A DNA stretch of 64,000 nt, taken from Alloascoidea hylecoeti (lineage: Eukaryota). Positions 59,400-64,000 of the stretch are shown here, piece after piece. Position 1 is the stretch's first letter; each line of letters begins with the position of its first letter. The stretch covers positions 1 through 64,000 of the forward strand of contig BCKZ01000009.1 of the NCBI GenBank assembly GCA_001600815.1, written 5' to 3'. The notes under the pieces are model-generated. The model ran no database searches. It was not told where the DNA came from and saw only the letters and a program-made list of their open reading frames with translations. The position numbers were made by a program, and so were the translations under genes.

Positions 59400-60673
59400 T
59401 TATAGGGCCAAGGAGGATTCCATTTTACTTAAAGCTGCTAATAGAACATCTTCCGTACGAGAACCTTTTCTTACGCCTATCCGCCTGTCAAAGATATCTT
59501 TAGGTTGATCAACTGCAGGAAGTTGAGAATCACTCTTAATCGCCTCTGAAATATCGTCCCATCTACCAAGAACAATTAAAAAATGATGTTCATCTTCTTT
59601 ATTTGATGATAGTTTTTCATTTTGATTTAATAAATCAGGTAAATTTTTATTATTTTCATCTTTTGAATAAAATTCAGAACTTGGTGCCCAAATAGTATGT
59701 GTATATCCTTCTTTATAAGAAGCTCTTGTAAATATATTTGAAAATTCTTTTTCTAATCTTACTTTATAAGGAGGATTATAATCTTTACCATATACTTCAG
59801 CAGATACAACTTTTTTAGTTTTTAAATCAATTGTTACAGGTGTATTTATTGAAACTAATTGTTCATTGAGTTTTAATGCTTCAGATAATCCAATATTTAC
59901 ATATTGTGTGAATTTTAACTTATCATTTTCATTTTCAGTTTCATTTTGTTCTATGTTAAATTGATTAATACCTTGAGATGGTGCACTAATACCTTGGATA
60001 TATTTATGATTTATATCTTTTGATAACGTTGATAGATGAGGTAATCTAGGTAAAGTTTTTGCATATCTTAATTCTTTTTTTAATGATTTTGGAAATATTG
60101 AATTTCTAAGATATCTTGGTGTTATAAAAAACAATAAAATATTTGCTAGTAAATAAGCATCATCACTAAATTTTAATTTCTCCATCTTTTCTTTTTGTTC
60201 TTTTTCTTCCTTTTGTTTTTCATTTGATTTAAAATCATCATCATCATTAAAAACAATTTTTTTACCAGTTGTAATTGGTTTATTAATTTCATTTTCTAAT
60301 TCTTTTTTATTAATTAATTCATTTTTATAACTTTTATTAACATCAAATACAATTATTTCATCAATATTATAAAGTGTTAAAGTTTTTGCAATTTGATAAA
60401 TTATATGAATTTTTTGTTGATTGTTTCTCGCAATTGATTTATTTATAGACATTGATGGTATACAAACACTAATTGTTTGTTTTTTATCGTTATTAAGATT
60501 TGTATCAATTATTATTTTTTTATTTGATGAATTTTGGTTTGCTCCATTTTGTTGAGATTTTGTTTTTCTCTAGATGAATATATGGAATTAGTTGATTGAT
60601 TTCATTTAATTTGAATATTAGATTATATAACAGTAGATATCATGATCTTTCATACCTTTAAATTTCCTGCCAT
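59400..60673 (-). CDS. SPOUT-family RNA methyltransferase (C9orf114 / YGR283C-YMR310C-like); exons 60673-60656 and 60569-59400
   Basis: TISVCIPS, IYQIAK.LTLYNIDEIIVF, LLFFITPRYLR, LP.LPHL, YVNIG, RTEDVLLAAL. An in-frame GTATGA..ACTAAT..TAG intron supplies the N-terminus. Confidence 0.88.
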
Positions 60674-60694
60674 TTTTGTTATATTCGATTATTA

Positions 60695-60736
60695 TGAAAA
60701 AATTTCAAAGGTTTAATACCTGATATATCCGGGTAA
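60695..60736. promoter_or_regulatory. RRPE (TGAAAAAATTT) plus Reb1-type site (CCGGGTAA) upstream of the SPOUT gene
   Basis: Motifs at 60695-60705 and 60729-60736, a typical ribosome-biogenesis promoter arrangement. Confidence 0.6.
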
Positions 60737-61149
60737 TGCTCACCATCTAGTAGGCATTCGTGGGTGCCAGTGTCGAAATTGTTGGTATCTTCCTTTTCTA
60801 CTCGATTTATGTTGTGAATACATCACCGAAATAAAGGATACATTTATATTTTATGTGATCAACACTATATCTGAAGCTGAAAAATGGCGAAAAGCTGATC
60901 AAGAGGGACTAGTAATTTGACAGTGAAATCATAATCAACTCAATCAACTGGAAATTAAATGAATAAAGTAGAGAAACATTATCATCGTTTGTTCAATGTA
61001 TTAACAAGATACATGTGAAATTATTTTTATTTTACTTATATCCGAGGTTTTACTGATCATTGATGTTTTTTTTTCTTATTTATATTTCATCAGTTGTTGA
61101 TTATTATTCTGAAAACTAACTTCTATTTATTTCTACTGGATTTACTTAA

Positions 61150-61700
61150 TATGACCTGAATGCTGCTACGTTTGTCCGTTAAAGTTTAAGAGAGAAAGCA
61201 AAATGGAATTCTATTGTTTTGAGAAGGTAACTTTCAAGAAGTATAATTGAGAAACTTTACGCCTCTCTAGTTAGAATTCCTTATGAATATAGCTGACTTG
61301 TTGAAAATATATCGAAAGCATTTAAACCGGGAATTCACCTCCAAAAACATACTGTTTCGTTTCAAAAAGAGAAAAAAAAAACAGTTGTATCACTATTCAA
61401 CCCAGGAGAAGTTTTGAAGTGCAGTGATGGAAAAATCACAGATAAACGGATTGAATATACGTCTATTATATACTAAATGTTCACTAAATAGATAAACAAA
61501 TTATGAAGTGGATAGCTGACTTTGTAGAAAGATATTCGGTTTCTTATGATGATGATCGAGTCATATCGGCACTTCTTCATAAATGCGTCAGAACCACACA
61601 AAGCCCCTAAATACACTGGAAAACTTTATTGGGCCATCTTCTTAAATTGAGATATGTGTGGAGATATTTTCAAGATTGTAACTGTTCTTAACACTAATGA
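61150..61700 (+). pseudogene. Orphan family Y remnant (related to about 26755-27135)
   Basis: PGEVLKCSDGK..EYTSI...MKWIADFVER resembles PEVLQKCSDGR..ENTSI...DMWMTVFMEK. Shared nucleotide blocks gaagtgcagtgatggaa and atacgtctatt; multiple stops. Confidence 0.55.
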
Positions 61701-62463
61701 AATCGTGAAATGATGAATTATGCGAACATGCCTCCATCTTTATAATGTGTTACACCAGGGTACAACATCAAAGACTTCTAACATCTATAAAACCATAACT
61801 ACCAGATTCTCCGATGTCTCATTAAATATCTTTACATCCTATAACTTATATAGTATCAAAGTGTAAATATTTATGTAAAAGTTAACTAAGTATGTTTTCT
61901 AGTTTCTCTCGTAATATTTTCTCATTCCCTGAATAAGTCTGATCCCAACAAATATGAAGTCACAAACTAGCGGTAATATGGCATGGAAGCTCTTTATTTA
62001 CCTAAACTAGCTATTACGTAATCATTCGCTGGTTCTCAGGAAAAGGCGATTAAAAGTTCTACCACCGAGGATCAATACATTTCTTTCTTGATTTTAGATA
62101 CTATTTTTCTAGTTATAGTCTCTGATGCTAAATAGTTTCAATAAAATGGATAGTTTTGTCTAAAGGAGGGATTGTTGAATGAGCGATAGATAAAGTTTTC
62201 TATGACACAAACACAATTAACAAATCATAATGTTGAACAATAAATAAAACATATGGTGAATATATATATGGCATAATACAACTCTGAAGAGAATGAATTC
62301 AATTTATTTATAACAGTATGGTATTCAAAATGATTTTTTCGTCCCAACAAAATTTCAATTATAATGGGGAAAATATGTCTTAAAGCTTCACATGCATTCA
62401 ATCATTTTCGAGTTTGCTCATCCCAAACACAAACACCATCTTATGCTTTTGGCTTATCGTTGA

Positions 62464-64000
62464 ATGTTCAAAAAACTATTATTGACCGTTATTCCGACTG
62501 TTCTCGTATGCTCTAATATATTTATATTAATATATCAATATAGTATAACTAATTTTCTTTCTTTTTTAGGATCATATACCTCCGCCACTGTGGAAACTTG
62601 GAGTACTAATCATTGATGTCTTTGTGTTTTGGATTAAAGTAAGAAGCTACACTTTTATATAAATCGATATTTAAATGGAAACCAAATATGATATACTAAC
62701 TTCGAGGATATAAATTAGAAAATCATTCATTTCTGGACACAAACGAGTCCTATAAGACAATTAAAACAACAACTTGATCATGCGACTACATATCAAGAAT
62801 GGGAGGTAAGTAAATGATAATCCAATTCCTATTTAGACTATCATTCCAATAATGTTAATATATTCTAACTTTTACTTTGCTCATATTAGGCGAGTGCTTT
62901 TTATATGGATAGATTGACTGGTGGTGACCTATGGTATGTTTTAAAAATGTCGAACTAATGATCATGAATTACGATTAACTGATTGGTTTAGGAGACATAA
63001 TTTCAGTAGTAAGAAATATGATTATCGTTTAATATCAGAAAAATTAAAATCCTTAAGAGAAGCAAGAGAAGATAATGATGCTTATAGACTTGTTAGCATA
63101 TTCCGTTCAGGTCTATTACGAAATTTTGGTAGTATAACAAAAAAAGAATTATATAATAGAGCATATGCTGGTACAAAAACATTAATTGAAGATTATATTT
63201 CAGAAGTTTTATTATGTCTAAAATATCTTAATGATTGGTCTGTTTCGACAACAATGTCATTTAACCAAATGAAATTAGATTTTTATCATGATGCAAAACA
63301 ATCTTTTGGCTCAACGGCTTTAGCTTTACAAGGTGGAGCATTATTTGGATTATGTCATCTAGGTGTTGTTAAAGCATTATATTTTAAAGGTTTATTACCA
63401 AAGATTATATCCGGTACAACTGTTGGAGCAGCTGTTGCTGCTTTAGCATGTACACAAACAAATGAAGAACTTGCAATAATATTAAATAATGCACCAAAAT
63501 TAATCTCTAAACTTGATAATGATAATGTTGATGAAAAATATGGTAGTATATTTAAACAAATTATCAATAAAGGTTATTCACAAGATGTTTTATCATTTTT
63601 AAAATATGTTAAATTAATAATTGGTGATATGACATTTGAAGAATCATATATTAAAACTGAAAGAATTTTAAATATTGTTATACATCCAACAAGAAAATCA
63701 GTTCCATCATTATTAAATTATTTAACATCACCAAATACAATAATTTGGTCTGCAATAAATGCAAGTATTGGTACAGGAATATTAAATGAAAAAGTTGATT
63801 TATATGTTAGAGATCATAATAATAATATTGTTATTTGGCATGAATTTCATGGTACTGAAAAAAGTATAATTAAATATTTACCACCACAAAATGCAAGACC
63901 ATATGATAGAGAATCTCCATATACAAGAATGTCTGAATTATTTAATGTTAATCATTTTGTTGTATCATTAGCAAGACCATATCTTGCACCATTATTATCA
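62464..64000 (+). CDS. TGL3: Patatin-family triacylglycerol lipase Tgl3, 3'-truncated by the window; exons 62464-62505, 62570-62638, 62719-62805, 62890-62933, 62992->64000
   Basis: Four GT-AG introns give a continuous frame: DLWRHNFSSKKYDYRLI, RSGLLRNFG, AYAGTK.LIEDYI, ALALQGGALFGLCHLGVVKAL, ESPYTRMSELFNVNHFVVSLARPYLAP. Not in the ORF track. Confidence 0.92.

Noticed and set aside
1..64000. tRNA, rRNA, snoRNA genes and paired LTRs
   Set aside because: None recognised by eye; tRNAscan-SE, Infernal and an LTR finder would be needed to exclude them.

Overview
AT-rich, intron-containing budding-yeast (Saccharomycotina-like) genomic window. The standard genetic code appears to apply (CTG=Leu at a conserved SIP3 position). 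Recognisable genes: yapsin-like GPI aspartyl protease, HSP12, LAC12-like sugar porter, SUI3 (eIF2-beta), an SRA1/SRAP-like gene, YTM1, a DHA2 drug:H+ antiporter, SIP3/LAM, SGF11, an Ndt80-family factor next to an NGT1/UNC-93-like transporter, a divergent GATA factor, BGL2, a SPOUT methyltransferase and a four-intron TGL3 that runs off the right end. Several of these are spliced and are missed or truncated in the ORF track. Much of the intergenic DNA is decayed coding or mobile sequence: a rearranged Ty1/copia relic with a 364-bp inverted duplication, a probable LINE RT relic, a RIX7 fragment, two F-box/WD40 pseudogenes and several multi-copy orphan remnants. The best candidates for new biology are a Tbf1/Taz1-type TRFH-like protein with no Myb domain but a TQ cluster, a stand-alone SRAP/Sec31-GWND mini-protein divergent from it, a Rep1/Ron1-like regulator paired with an NGT1-like transporter, and a three-copy element with a conserved ~40-nt intron, two copies of which bracket the GATA gene. 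All family calls come from motif recognition by eye; no searches were run.
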